Assembly: GCA_965602015.1 (NCBI GenBank) | Contig: OZ271918.1 | Coordinates: 1,824,001 to 1,888,000, forward strand | Length of the DNA: 64,000 bases | Source of the DNA: Salinispira sp. | GTDB taxonomy: Bacteria > Spirochaetota > Spirochaetia > DSM-27196 > Salinispiraceae | Direction: 5' to 3' | Part shown: one piece after another, positions 32,222 through 41,525 of the stretch | Layout: each line of letters opens with the position of its first letter | Numbering within the stretch: position 1 is the stretch's first letter | Translations under genes and position numbers: made by a program | Notes under the pieces: generated by a model | Seen by the model: the letters and a program-made list of their open reading frames with translations, nothing else | What the model was told of the DNA's origin: nothing | Database searches by the model: none

Positions 32222-33016
32222 CTATCTCTTAAGATTCGCGGCTATGCCCAGCATGGTGTCCGAGGTTTGAATCGCCTTGGAATTGAACTCGTATGCCCGC
32301 TGTGCCACGATCATGTTAACCATTTCCTGGACGGTCTGTACGTTGGACATTTCCAAAAACTTGTGGATGGTCTTTCCCATACCATCGAAACCCGGTTGGC
32401 CTCCGATGGGGTCACCCGACGCATTGCTGACCCGGAAAAGATTTTCTCCAATGGCCTGAAGGCCGGCGGGGTTTACAAAGCGGTAGAGCTCCAGCTGCCC
32501 CACATCAAGGGGGTCATCCTGACCGGGGACCCGTACGGTCACCAGGCCGTCGGCGGATATGGCGATGCTGTCCCGAATAAATCCCTCGGGCATAATAATC
32601 TCGGGAAGAACCCGGTAGCCGTTGCTGGTTACCAGTTGACCGTTGCTATCGATTTTAAATGCTCCGTCCCGGGTATAACCGAAGCTGCCGTCATACTGCA
32701 GCGTTCGAAAAAAGCCCTCGCCCTCTATGGCGATGTCGCTGACATTCCCGGTATTCTGGAGAGAGCCCTGGGTAAAAATCTTCTGGGTTGCCGCAACCCG
32801 CACCCCGTGTCCAACCTGGACGCCCACAGGCACCAGGGTCTGTTCGGTTGCCGGAGTGCCGGCGGTGCGCTGGGTCTGGTACAGCAAGTCCTCAAAATCC
32901 GGACGGTTCTGTTTAAAACCCGTGGTGTTGACGTTTGAAAGGTTGTTCGAGATGGTGTCGATGTTAAACTGCTGGCCGATCATTCCTGACGCCGCAGTCC
33001 ATAGTGATCTCATCAT
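32222..33016 (-). CDS. flgG: Flagellar distal rod protein FlgG
   Basis: MMRSLWTAASGM, SNNLSNVNTTGFK, YTRDG, LEMSNV..VQEMVNMIVAQRAYE. Confidence 0.95.
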   Translation of the reverse strand: MMRSLWTAASGMIGQQFNIDTISNNLSNVNTTGFKQNRPDFEDLLYQTQRTAGTPATEQTLVPVGVQVGHGVRVAATQKIFTQGSLQNTGNVSDIAIEGEGFFRTLQYDGSFGYTRDGAFKIDSNGQLVTSNGYRVLPEIIMPEGFIRDSIAISADGLVTVRVPGQDDPLDVGQLELYRFVNPAGLQAIGENLFRVSNASGDPIGGQPGFDGMGKTIHKFLEMSNVQTVQEMVNMIVAQRAYEFNSKAIQTSDTMLGIAANLKR

Positions 33017-33060
33017 ACCCTATCGCTCCCCTATGTATTCAGCGCGCGCACGCGCGCCTC

Positions 33061-33927
33061 TTAGAATCTCATTGCCTGATTTATTAGTTTATCGGTGGCC
33101 TGATCGTGGGACTGAATCACCTTTTGATTGGCTTCGTAGGCCCGGTTGACCTCGATCATTTTCACCATTTGCTTGATGGCATTTACATTGCTTGTTTCCA
33201 GGAAGCCCTGGCGAACCAGCGCCCTGTCTTCCCCCTCGGCGACAAAGGCGTCGCCGCTATCCCAGGTGGTTCGGTACAGACTTGATCCCTGTTTTTCAAG
33301 ATAGCGTTCGCGATCCACATGCACGATGCGTAGGCGATCGACCTGAACGGTATTCGCCCAATCGTTCTCGGTGATGGACACCAGCCGCCGGGGATCTTCA
33401 GCGAAGTCATCGTTCTGAAAAATTCTCCCCGACTGATCCACGATGAAGTTATTCAGTTTTACGCTTACCGGACCGTTTTCGCCGAGGACCGGGTAGCCTT
33501 CTTTGGTAACCAAAAGCCCCTCGGGACCAATGTGAAAGCTGCCGTTGCGGGTGAGCCGCTCGCCGTATGGGGTCTGAACGGTAAAGAATCCGTCGCCTTC
33601 CAATGCGAGATCAAAGGGATTGGTGGTTTCTTTGAACGAGCCCTGGGAAAAGACCGTATAGACCTCATTTTGTTCCACGCCGGTTCCCAGGGTTCCCACA
33701 ACCGGAGCCCGGTCCACCGAACCCAGGTGAGGCGCGGTCCTGCTTATCGGCAGATGGGTTTCCTCCACCTGCATTCTGCGCAGAAGGAGTTCGGGAAACG
33801 CCTTGTGAACCGAAAGGTCTTCCTTGTATCCGGTGGTATCCACATTGGCCAGGTTGTTTGAAATCGTATCCATGCTGTGCTGTTGAACCACCATACCGGC
33901 GGCTCCGGTATACATTCCGCGTATCAT
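33061..33927 (-). CDS. flgF: Flagellar rod protein FlgF/FlhO
   Basis: MIRGMYTGAAGM, SNNLANVDTTGYK, TRNGSF, QGFLETSNVN...RAYEANQK. Confidence 0.85.
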   Translation of the reverse strand: MIRGMYTGAAGMVVQQHSMDTISNNLANVDTTGYKEDLSVHKAFPELLLRRMQVEETHLPISRTAPHLGSVDRAPVVGTLGTGVEQNEVYTVFSQGSFKETTNPFDLALEGDGFFTVQTPYGERLTRNGSFHIGPEGLLVTKEGYPVLGENGPVSVKLNNFIVDQSGRIFQNDDFAEDPRRLVSITENDWANTVQVDRLRIVHVDRERYLEKQGSSLYRTTWDSGDAFVAEGEDRALVRQGFLETSNVNAIKQMVKMIEVNRAYEANQKVIQSHDQATDKLINQAMRF

Positions 33928-33934
33928 ACTCCGA

Positions 33935-33962
33935 ATATCGGCGGGAATGGATTTTTATGTAG
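33935..33962 (-). promoter_or_regulatory. Sigma28 (FliA/SigD)-like promoter of flgFGJ
   Basis: CTACA-N16-CCGATAT versus the SigD consensus CTAAA-N16-CCGATAT. Confidence 0.7.
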
Positions 33963-33982
33963 CTTATTGCTACTATAATTAC

Positions 33983-35107
33983 ATGATAGTTCATCACATC
34001 CGCCGCACATCGACCGGCGCCGCAATGCTATTCACCGCAATTTTGGTATTCGGAGGCTGCAACCTGCTCACCGAGCTCGGGGTCCCCGGGCTTCAGGGGC
34101 CGCAGGCGCCGGTGGCCGTGGTAACTGCCAGCCAGGGTATAGCATTCGCCAGCCTCATCGACCCGGGAGTTCCGGTCATTGTGGATTTGAGCTCGAGCTT
34201 TGACCCCAATGAAGACCCCTTCGGAATAAGCTGGCAGCTGACGGTACCCGAGGGGTCCTCCTCACAGCTCGTGACCTCGGCGGGAAGCCGCGGCGAGTTT
34301 ACTCCCGTGGTCGGCGTGGAGGGAACATATGTTCTGTCGGCGACCCTGAGCGACGGCCGCCTCAGCAGCGAATACAGCATTACCCTGAATACCCCCGCGA
34401 GCGGGAACGTAAGCGGCAGCCTCGCTCAAGCGGAGGCCGGCTGGAACTTTGACGGCAACACCGCGGACCTGTTTAGCGAAGGAGTCCCCCGCAGCGAATT
34501 AAACGGTGGAGGCGGAGTATACGATGAAGACCGCTACGGTCTTGCTTCGTCGGCCCTCCTACTCTCAACAGCCAACAGCTATTTTTACGGCGGCAGCCCG
34601 GGAGAACTGATTCTCTCCCCCGCCGATGCGACCAACGGCGACTTCAGCCTGTCAGTATGGATATACTTTTCCGTCTTACCAGCTGACGGCAGCGCGATTG
34701 TATCTTTTGATGACGGTGATGCCGCTACAGCTCCGGGCTGGCGCCTGGGCAGCGATTCCAGCGGCAGACTCGGAGTCGTGGCGGACAGCGATCAGTTCAT
34801 CGGCGGCATCGCCGATCCGGCGGCGACATTTGAGGTCAACAGCTGGTATCACCTGGCCATTGCCTACGATCAGGACGTCAGCCAGCTGGATATATACCTG
34901 GATGGAGAACCTGTCGCCGAAAATGTGAGCGTAGGCACCGCTCTTGGCGCCATACACAATACCGCCGGTCAGATGCAGATAAACGGCCAGGGTGCGGCGG
35001 TGCCGGGTTTTACCGGACGACTCGATGATCTGGTTATTTTTAATGCGGTGCTGTCGCAGGAAGAGATAGATCTTCTGGCGGCCTACGAAGCCCCCCCGCA
35101 GAACTGA
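33983..35107 (+). CDS. Lipoprotein with PKD/Ig-like and LamG-like jellyroll domains
   Basis: Signal peptide with FGGC lipobox; DLSSSFDPN..W..VPEGS Ig-like segment; FSLSVWI, WYHLAIAY, IYLDG, FTGRLDDLVIFN.VLS.EEI. Confidence 0.8.
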   Translation: MIVHHIRRTSTGAAMLFTAILVFGGCNLLTELGVPGLQGPQAPVAVVTASQGIAFASLIDPGVPVIVDLSSSFDPNEDPFGISWQLTVPEGSSSQLVTSAGSRGEFTPVVGVEGTYVLSATLSDGRLSSEYSITLNTPASGNVSGSLAQAEAGWNFDGNTADLFSEGVPRSELNGGGGVYDEDRYGLASSALLLSTANSYFYGGSPGELILSPADATNGDFSLSVWIYFSVLPADGSAIVSFDDGDAATAPGWRLGSDSSGRLGVVADSDQFIGGIADPAATFEVNSWYHLAIAYDQDVSQLDIYLDGEPVAENVSVGTALGAIHNTAGQMQINGQGAAVPGFTGRLDDLVIFNAVLSQEEIDLLAAYEAPPQN

Positions 35108-35749
35108 TTAGCGCTCCCGGCGGCGGCTTTGAACAAATCTCTTGAGATCGTGAATATTTCGCACCATGATGCGACCGGGGGTTACCTCGATTTTATTCTG
35201 GGTAATAAGCTGATTGATGATGTCACGGGTTTTTTCCGGGGAGATACCCGCCCAATGTGCCACGTCATCGATTGACACCTCAAAGACCTGCTGATTCCGT
35301 TCAGCCTGATCGGCGGGAAGCTGTTCGCTGAGCATGAGAAACACATCGGCGATCCGGGCCTGGTTGTCGTCCAGGGTGAGTATCTGAAAACGCCGACGCT
35401 GATCGTAAATCCGTTTGGTAAAGAGCTTCAACAGCTTGGTGGCAATCTGAGGATTGCCCTGCAGCAGAATCTCAAAATTCTCCCGGTTGAACTCCAGGGC
35501 CTTGACCCGGTCGAGGGCGATGGCGCTTGCAGAGCGGGGAGCTTCTTCCAGAATCGCCATCTCTCCGAAAATTTCCCCGGGGTAGAGAACGTCGATGGTT
35601 TTTTCGATGTCCCCCATAATTTTTGAGATTCGTACCCGGCCTTCCTGTATCAAGTAGAAAGCGTCGCCGGGCTCGTACTCGCAAAATATGATGTCGCTTT
35701 TTTGAAAATTCACTGCGAAACGCTCGAAGGCCGCGGTGTTGAAATTCAT
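35108..35749 (-). CDS. Crp/Fnr-family cNMP-binding regulator
   Basis: FYLIQEGRV, GEIFGEMAILEEAPRSASA, C-terminal HTH-like segment. Confidence 0.88.
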   Translation of the reverse strand: MNFNTAAFERFAVNFQKSDIIFCEYEPGDAFYLIQEGRVRISKIMGDIEKTIDVLYPGEIFGEMAILEEAPRSASAIALDRVKALEFNRENFEILLQGNPQIATKLLKLFTKRIYDQRRRFQILTLDDNQARIADVFLMLSEQLPADQAERNQQVFEVSIDDVAHWAGISPEKTRDIINQLITQNKIEVTPGRIMVRNIHDLKRFVQSRRRER

Positions 35750-36759
35750 GCCTTGCCCTCCAGTTTGCGGATGGCCGCGTTGGCTTTTCGACGGTTTGCT
35801 TCGTCGATGGACGGCAGCTGCAGCGCCCGTTGATATACCTTGGCTGCCTGGGCCCGGTCGCCTGAGTGGGCATATGCTTCGCCGAGATACACCAGAGCTT
35901 CGGGCACCCGGCGGTTATCCGAATTATTCTGGATGTATGCCGACAGGTGTTTCACGCAGGTCTCGCTTTTTCCCAGTCCCAATAACGCCTTCGCCATTTC
36001 GATATTAGCATCGTGAAAGTTACCGTGCTTTGGACCTTTTTTAATGATGTCCGCAAGGATTTCCGCCGCCCTGAGGTAATCCTGCTGACCGAGAAAGCTT
36101 TCGGCCTTGTAGTACTCCTGCTCTTCCTCGCTGAGTTGAGGCTTTTCCTTCGGCGCAAGGTTTGGATTATTTCCCGCGGCCTGCGCTCCGGCGATAATCG
36201 CCGGCCCCCTGCCCCGTCCGTACTGCTGGGCATACTCTTCTGCAGTCTTTAAGTAGCCCGCAGCCCGGGAAACATAGGCTCCTGAGGGAAAGTGTTCCAG
36301 GTATTTTCTCAACGTGTAGATGGCTTCGGGATACGCCTGCTTCTTCAGGTAGTACTCCGCGATTTTATACAGCCCGTCCTCGGGAACTTCCCGCTTTCCC
36401 ATCGCCAAAAGATTGCGAACCTTCCCGTGTATTCTCCGCAACTGATTGCTAAAAACCTTGAGCATTTTCATGATAATGCGGGTATTTTTACTGACGAGGA
36501 TTTCAAATTCCGGCACGGTGAACATGAGGCATTCGCTGTCCGACAGTACAATGGCGTCTTCCTCCCGGGGATAATGGCCCAGGGCCGACTTCACTCCGAA
36601 AAACTCGCCGGTGCGAATCAGATCGGTAAGCTCTTCACCGGTTTCGATGTCAACGGATTTGAGAATGATCTTTCCGGATTGGAGGATGTAGATCTTATCG
36701 CCCATATCCCCGGTGAAATACACCACCGAGTTGGCATTGTAGCGCATCGCTTTCGGCAC
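35746..36759 (-). CDS. cNMP-binding domain plus TPR-repeat protein
   Basis: IYILQSG, GEFFGVKSALGHYPREEDA, followed by TPR-like helices. Confidence 0.85.
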   Translation of the reverse strand: MPKAMRYNANSVVYFTGDMGDKIYILQSGKIILKSVDIETGEELTDLIRTGEFFGVKSALGHYPREEDAIVLSDSECLMFTVPEFEILVSKNTRIIMKMLKVFSNQLRRIHGKVRNLLAMGKREVPEDGLYKIAEYYLKKQAYPEAIYTLRKYLEHFPSGAYVSRAAGYLKTAEEYAQQYGRGRGPAIIAGAQAAGNNPNLAPKEKPQLSEEEQEYYKAESFLGQQDYLRAAEILADIIKKGPKHGNFHDANIEMAKALLGLGKSETCVKHLSAYIQNNSDNRRVPEALVYLGEAYAHSGDRAQAAKVYQRALQLPSIDEANRRKANAAIRKLEGKA

Positions 36760-36849
36760 AGAAACTCCTAAAATCTACAATAATTGCTCGGCATGCTAAA
36801 ATCAAGCGTTTGTTGCCAATGCGGCGTATTGAGAATATGCTGACCTTAC

Positions 36850-37680
36850 ATGGCCATCCACGAACTACATTGTCACAGCACCGCATCCGACGGCAGCCTT
36901 AGTCCCGCGCAACTGGTCACCCGGGCTTCGCAGGAAGGTTTGGCGAGCATTTGCATAACCGATCACGATACCATTGCGGGAATCGAAGAAGCCGAGAATG
37001 CCGCAGCCACCCTCGATCTTGAGGTGATCCCCGGCATCGAGATTGAGATTTCTCATCCCTCAGGGGCATTTCACCTGCTGGGACTCGGAGTTCGTTTTCA
37101 CAAGGGAATTTTGGATGATATCCTTCCCCGCATCATACAAGACCGGGAAATGAGGAACCGGACAATAGCAAAAAAGATGGGGCGCATCGGCGTTCCCGGC
37201 TCGTACGCCGATGTGGTCAAACTTGCCCGGGGAACTGTGGTCGGCCGCCCGCATTTTGCCGAATATCTCATTCTGAAGGGATTCGCCGTCGATACCGCCG
37301 ATGCCTTTGAGCGCTTTTTGGGACCCGGCCAGCCCCTGTACACGCCCCGGGAAGGCATTCCCCTGGATGAAGCCATCGAAAAAATCCATCTGGCAGGGGG
37401 GAAGGCCGTAATAGCCCATCCATCGAGTCTCCATTTGAGCTGGTCAAAGCTACGGCGGGAGCTGGCCGAATGGGTAACCCTGGGCCTTGACGGACTGGAG
37501 GCATTTCATTCCTCCACAAAATACCGGGACGGCCTGAAGTTTCAGGCCATCGCAAGAGATTTTGGTATCCTGGCCACGGCGGGAAGCGATTTTCACCATC
37601 CCGATCAGCCCCACAAGCGCTTAGGGCACCACAGCATTGAGCAGATGGAGATCGGCGATGAGTTTCTGGAGGGATTGTGA
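36850..37680 (+). CDS. PHP-domain phosphoesterase (TrpH/YciV-like)
   Basis: LHCHSTASDG, ITDHDT, PGIE, GRPH, AHP, GSDFH; upstream TTGCCA-N17-TATGCT promoter. Confidence 0.9.
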   Translation: MAIHELHCHSTASDGSLSPAQLVTRASQEGLASICITDHDTIAGIEEAENAAATLDLEVIPGIEIEISHPSGAFHLLGLGVRFHKGILDDILPRIIQDREMRNRTIAKKMGRIGVPGSYADVVKLARGTVVGRPHFAEYLILKGFAVDTADAFERFLGPGQPLYTPREGIPLDEAIEKIHLAGGKAVIAHPSSLHLSWSKLRRELAEWVTLGLDGLEAFHSSTKYRDGLKFQAIARDFGILATAGSDFHHPDQPHKRLGHHSIEQMEIGDEFLEGL

Positions 37681-38624
37681 CAGGCTCCCGGGAGAGGTCA
37701 TGGGCAAACAGATTTCGAGCTTCCGTTTTTACACTGCTGCTTCAAAGTCTATTTATCATTCTCCCCGTTAACGGACAGAGTTTTCCCGAACTGGAAAGCC
37801 TTACCAACAGCGATCCCATCTTCCTTCAGATAATAGATGACATTCAGGCCTTTTACCGCTGGGAGGCCGGGGTTGAAGAGTCGCCGCGGCTGAGCATCTA
37901 TCACTACCGGATCGCAGAATCCGACACCCTGTTTTCCCTGGCCGCGCGATTAAATCTTCCTCAGGCAAGTCTGGCGACCATTAACCGGCTGGACAACCCT
38001 GACCTGCCTCCCCCGGGAAGCCTCATACGCGTACCGAATATCCCCGGCATTTTTATCCCCGAGACCGCGGTAAGCGATTTCGAGCGGATACTCAGTTCCC
38101 GAATACGGGAGGACGGAAGCTTCGAGCTGAGCGAGGTCTTCCGCATTCCCGGCAAGGACGGAACCACCGAAGCCTGGCGATTTATTGTGGCCGGTGATTT
38201 TACATCCCTTGAGCGCCGGGCCTTCCTTCAGGTGCTGTTCCGCGATCCCCTACCGGGAAGCCGGATTTCATCACCTTACGGTACCCGGCTGAGCCCCATA
38301 ACCGGCCGTCCCCAGTTTCACATGGGAATCGATATGGTTGCGCCGGCGGGCACCGAGGTCGGGGCCAGCGCGGAGGGATCGATAATCGACCGGGGTTTTG
38401 ATCCGATTTATGGAAACTACCTCAGCATCGGGCATCCCGGGGGCTACGAGACCACCTATGCTCATTTGGATGAAATGTTTCCGGTTATCGGGCAGACCGT
38501 GAGGAGCGGAGAGCGTATCGGGACGGTGGGCTCCTCCGGGCTTTCCACGGGATACCATCTTCACTTCGAAATACGATATTTAAAGCGGAATCGCGATCCC
38601 CAGGACTACATTCGTCGGGATTAG
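37677..38624 (+). CDS. LysM / M23 family peptidase
   Basis: Signal peptide, LysM (DTLFSLAAR...LATIN), HMGIDM, YAHL, STGYHLHFEI. Confidence 0.9.
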   Translation: MTGSRERSWANRFRASVFTLLLQSLFIILPVNGQSFPELESLTNSDPIFLQIIDDIQAFYRWEAGVEESPRLSIYHYRIAESDTLFSLAARLNLPQASLATINRLDNPDLPPPGSLIRVPNIPGIFIPETAVSDFERILSSRIREDGSFELSEVFRIPGKDGTTEAWRFIVAGDFTSLERRAFLQVLFRDPLPGSRISSPYGTRLSPITGRPQFHMGIDMVAPAGTEVGASAEGSIIDRGFDPIYGNYLSIGHPGGYETTYAHLDEMFPVIGQTVRSGERIGTVGSSGLSTGYHLHFEIRYLKRNRDPQDYIRRD

Positions 38625-38654
38625 GATTTTTTTTGCTATTGCGTGCTTTTCTAT

Positions 38655-38681
38655 TAACGTTTTGGCGGGAATTTACGATAA
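38655..38681 (+). promoter_or_regulatory. Sigma28-like promoter of the candidate sRNA
   Basis: TAACGTTT-N11-TACGATAA versus the consensus TAAAGTTT-N11-GCCGATAA. Confidence 0.55.
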
Positions 38682-38686
38682 TAGCA

Positions 38687-38781
38687 GTGTCGGCCGGGGT
38701 ATAGTTCCCCTCCCAGTTTGCTATATTTCCTGGTCGATACCCTTAAGGGTTGGCCGGTTCTAACGAACCGGCCTTTTTTTT
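38687..38781 (+). ncRNA. Candidate small regulatory RNA with C-rich loop
   Basis: ~19 bp stem 38687-38740 with loop UCCCCUCCCAGUUU, palindrome ACCCTTAAGGGT, terminator GGCCGGTTC-TAAC-GAACCGGCC-T8; no ORF. Confidence 0.65.
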
Positions 38782-38813
38782 ACTGCTGTCCCTTTCCTGC
38801 CGCCCAATCCCGA

Positions 38814-38843
38814 TTGACATTCCTTCGGGGAACGGCGTAATCT
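38814..38843 (+). promoter_or_regulatory. Sigma70 promoter of the PBP1A gene
   Basis: TTGACA-N18-TAATCT, 9 nt before the ATG. Confidence 0.65.
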
Positions 38844-38852
38844 CTACCCTGT

Positions 38853-41489
38853 ATGGCTTTATCTCAAAAAGGAAAAACCCGAATAAAAATTATCGCCGGA
38901 GTACTGGCGTTTTTTGTTGTGGCTTTTGCCGCCGTAATCGGCATCGCCATCGGTTCGACATATAACCTCGAAGGACTCAGCGATTTTAATGAATCCAGCG
39001 CCGCCCTGCCGACTCAGGTCTACGACCGGGACGGGCGCCTGATTACGGAATTCTTCTCCGATGAAAAGCGCGAGTTGATATCCATCGAAGAACTCCCCCG
39101 CCACCTTATATACGCGGTAATTACCCGGGAGGACCGGAACTTCTTCGAGCACTGGGGCGTCAGCATTACCGGCACCACCCGGGCGGCCATCGGTTATTTC
39201 ACCGACAATTTTGTCGGCGGCGGTTCAACCTTGACCCAGCAGCTGGCCACCATGCTCTATCTCGATAAAAGCGATGTGAGCGTCAGTCGGAAACTGCGGG
39301 AAATATGGATAGCCCTTCAGCTTGAGCGGAACTGGTCGAAGAACGAGATTCTCGAGGAATACCTCAATAAATCATGGTTCGGTCACAACACCTACGGGGT
39401 GGAAGCCGCCAGCCAGTTTTTCTTCGGACATTCGGCCCGGGACCTGACAATCGCCGAGAGCATGATGCTGGCGATCCAGCTTTCTTCCACCAGGCGATAC
39501 AGCCCCCTTGTTAACCCCAATGTGGCCCGGGAGCGCCAACGGGAAATGCTCAATGAGATGGTGGTCCAGGGCTATGCGACGCAGGAAGAGGTGGACCGTT
39601 CCTTCGATGAATTCTGGGCGAACTACGATTATACCCGCTCGGGGACCACGACAGCCTTTTTCGAACGCCAGGACCGGGCACCGTACTTCAGCGAACATGT
39701 GCGCTTCCTCCTGGAAAACGAAATTCTCCTGGGAAGTTCGGACATTTATCGGGACGGATACAGCGTCTACACCACGCTGGACCTGGAGTATCAGGACATC
39801 GCCCGGGAAGAACTTCAACAAGGCATAGCCAGCGCCAACGAAATCTACGACCGCAACACCGCCGCCAGGGCGAGTTTTGCCACCGAGGTGTTCGTTCCGG
39901 TTATAGACCTGCTGTCCTTGGGTTTTGATGTAGAGCAGCTTAGGGTCGCCGGTGAAAAACAGCTGCAGGGAGCCAAGCAGTATTTTCAAAATGAACTGAC
40001 TCCCATGGTCGATATGCTCACCCTGCTTACCGACAGCACAAATGTCGGCGGCCTGCGGGAGCTCACCGCCGTAAGTTATGAGTCCAAGGAAGAGAACCAG
40101 AAGCAAAATACCGTCGAAGGGGCCATAATTTCCCTCGAGAACGACACTGGTCACGTTGTCGCCATGATAGGCGGCAACCGCTTCGAGCAGACGAACCAGT
40201 TTAACCGGGCCCTCCAGGCATCGGTTCAACCGGGGAGTTCCTTCAAGCCGCTGTACTACGCAGCGGCCATCGAAGAGGAAGTGGTCACCCCGGCGACCAT
40301 GATCTACGACAGCCCGGTTGTGTTCTGGAACGATGACGGAACTCCCTACACTCCCACAAATTACCGGGGAGAATGGGACGGTCCGGTGCTCACCCGATAC
40401 GCTTTGGCAACAAGTATGAATGTTCCTTCCTTGAGGATCTTGAGCAGGCTCGGATTTGACGACGCCATCGACATTACCTCCCGGCTTTTAAACATCGACG
40501 AGCGGGACCAGGTTGGTCACGGGCTGGTACGCAAGTATCCCATTGGCCTCGGGGTTATTTCCGTGTCGCCGATTATGATGGCCCAGGCCTTCGCCACCTT
40601 TCCCAATGAGGGGCGCAGGGTTACTCCGCTGTTTGTCCGCTACGTCGAAGACCGGACAGGCCGGATAATCGCCGAGCCTGAGAGGCAGCTACGGGAAGAA
40701 CAGGCAAGAATGGGGCGGGAGCTTCAAATAATCAGTCCCCAGACCGCGTACATGATGACAAACATGCTCGAATCAACCATCGATTACGGCACCCTGGCGA
40801 ATCGTCGCCGTCTTGTCGGCGGATTCGACGACATGCCCATTGCCGGAAAGACCGGCACCACCCAGAACTGGTCTGCCCTATGGACCGTCGGCTTCACTCC
40901 CTATTACACCACCGCGGTGTGGATAGGCTTCGATGAGGGTAACAATTCCCTCGGCGTTAACCAAACGGGAGCCGTCACCGCCGGTCCGATTTGGGCGTGG
41001 TACATGAAACGGGTACACGAGGGCATGCAGCCCCGGCCGTTTGTCAGACCCTCCAGTGGCTTGGTCGAACTGGAAGTCACCAGCCGAAACGGACTCCTGC
41101 CTCCGGCGGGATTCCAGGGCTCGACCTACACGGAAATTTTCAGGGAGGGTACCGAACCCCGGGTCTTCGACAGCAGCGAGCAGTTTTACCAAAATGTCGC
41201 CGAGAGCGGAACCCAGAAACTGGAAGTGAATATTCAGGAAGGCCGCCTTGATATCAGCACCATAAACGGGCGGAATATCGGTTCGGCGAACTTCGGCCTG
41301 GAACTCAACCTGGATCTCTCCTTGACACTCGATCCGCTGGTCTTTCCTGATCAGGCGGAGAGCTCCCAATCGCTGAGTTTTGACGATGATTTTTCAAATC
41401 CGTTTTTTGATGACGAGGAAGACCGGGATCTTATTCCGCCCGAGGGCGGCAGTACCAGTGACGACGGTTTTAACCCGTATTTGGACTGA
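38853..41489 (+). CDS. Class A penicillin-binding protein (PBP1A)
   Basis: TM anchor; transglycosylase motifs EDRNFFEHWG, GGSTLTQQL, RKLRE; transpeptidase motifs GSSFKP, SMN, KTG. Confidence 0.95.
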   Translation: MALSQKGKTRIKIIAGVLAFFVVAFAAVIGIAIGSTYNLEGLSDFNESSAALPTQVYDRDGRLITEFFSDEKRELISIEELPRHLIYAVITREDRNFFEHWGVSITGTTRAAIGYFTDNFVGGGSTLTQQLATMLYLDKSDVSVSRKLREIWIALQLERNWSKNEILEEYLNKSWFGHNTYGVEAASQFFFGHSARDLTIAESMMLAIQLSSTRRYSPLVNPNVARERQREMLNEMVVQGYATQEEVDRSFDEFWANYDYTRSGTTTAFFERQDRAPYFSEHVRFLLENEILLGSSDIYRDGYSVYTTLDLEYQDIAREELQQGIASANEIYDRNTAARASFATEVFVPVIDLLSLGFDVEQLRVAGEKQLQGAKQYFQNELTPMVDMLTLLTDSTNVGGLRELTAVSYESKEENQKQNTVEGAIISLENDTGHVVAMIGGNRFEQTNQFNRALQASVQPGSSFKPLYYAAAIEEEVVTPATMIYDSPVVFWNDDGTPYTPTNYRGEWDGPVLTRYALATSMNVPSLRILSRLGFDDAIDITSRLLNIDERDQVGHGLVRKYPIGLGVISVSPIMMAQAFATFPNEGRRVTPLFVRYVEDRTGRIIAEPERQLREEQARMGRELQIISPQTAYMMTNMLESTIDYGTLANRRRLVGGFDDMPIAGKTGTTQNWSALWTVGFTPYYTTAVWIGFDEGNNSLGVNQTGAVTAGPIWAWYMKRVHEGMQPRPFVRPSSGLVELEVTSRNGLLPPAGFQGSTYTEIFREGTEPRVFDSSEQFYQNVAESGTQKLEVNIQEGRLDISTINGRNIGSANFGLELNLDLSLTLDPLVFPDQAESSQSLSFDDDFSNPFFDDEEDRDLIPPEGGSTSDDGFNPYLD

Positions 41490-41525
41490 TATAGCCCGGC
41501 GGCGGGGAGTAACGAGGAGCGAGTT

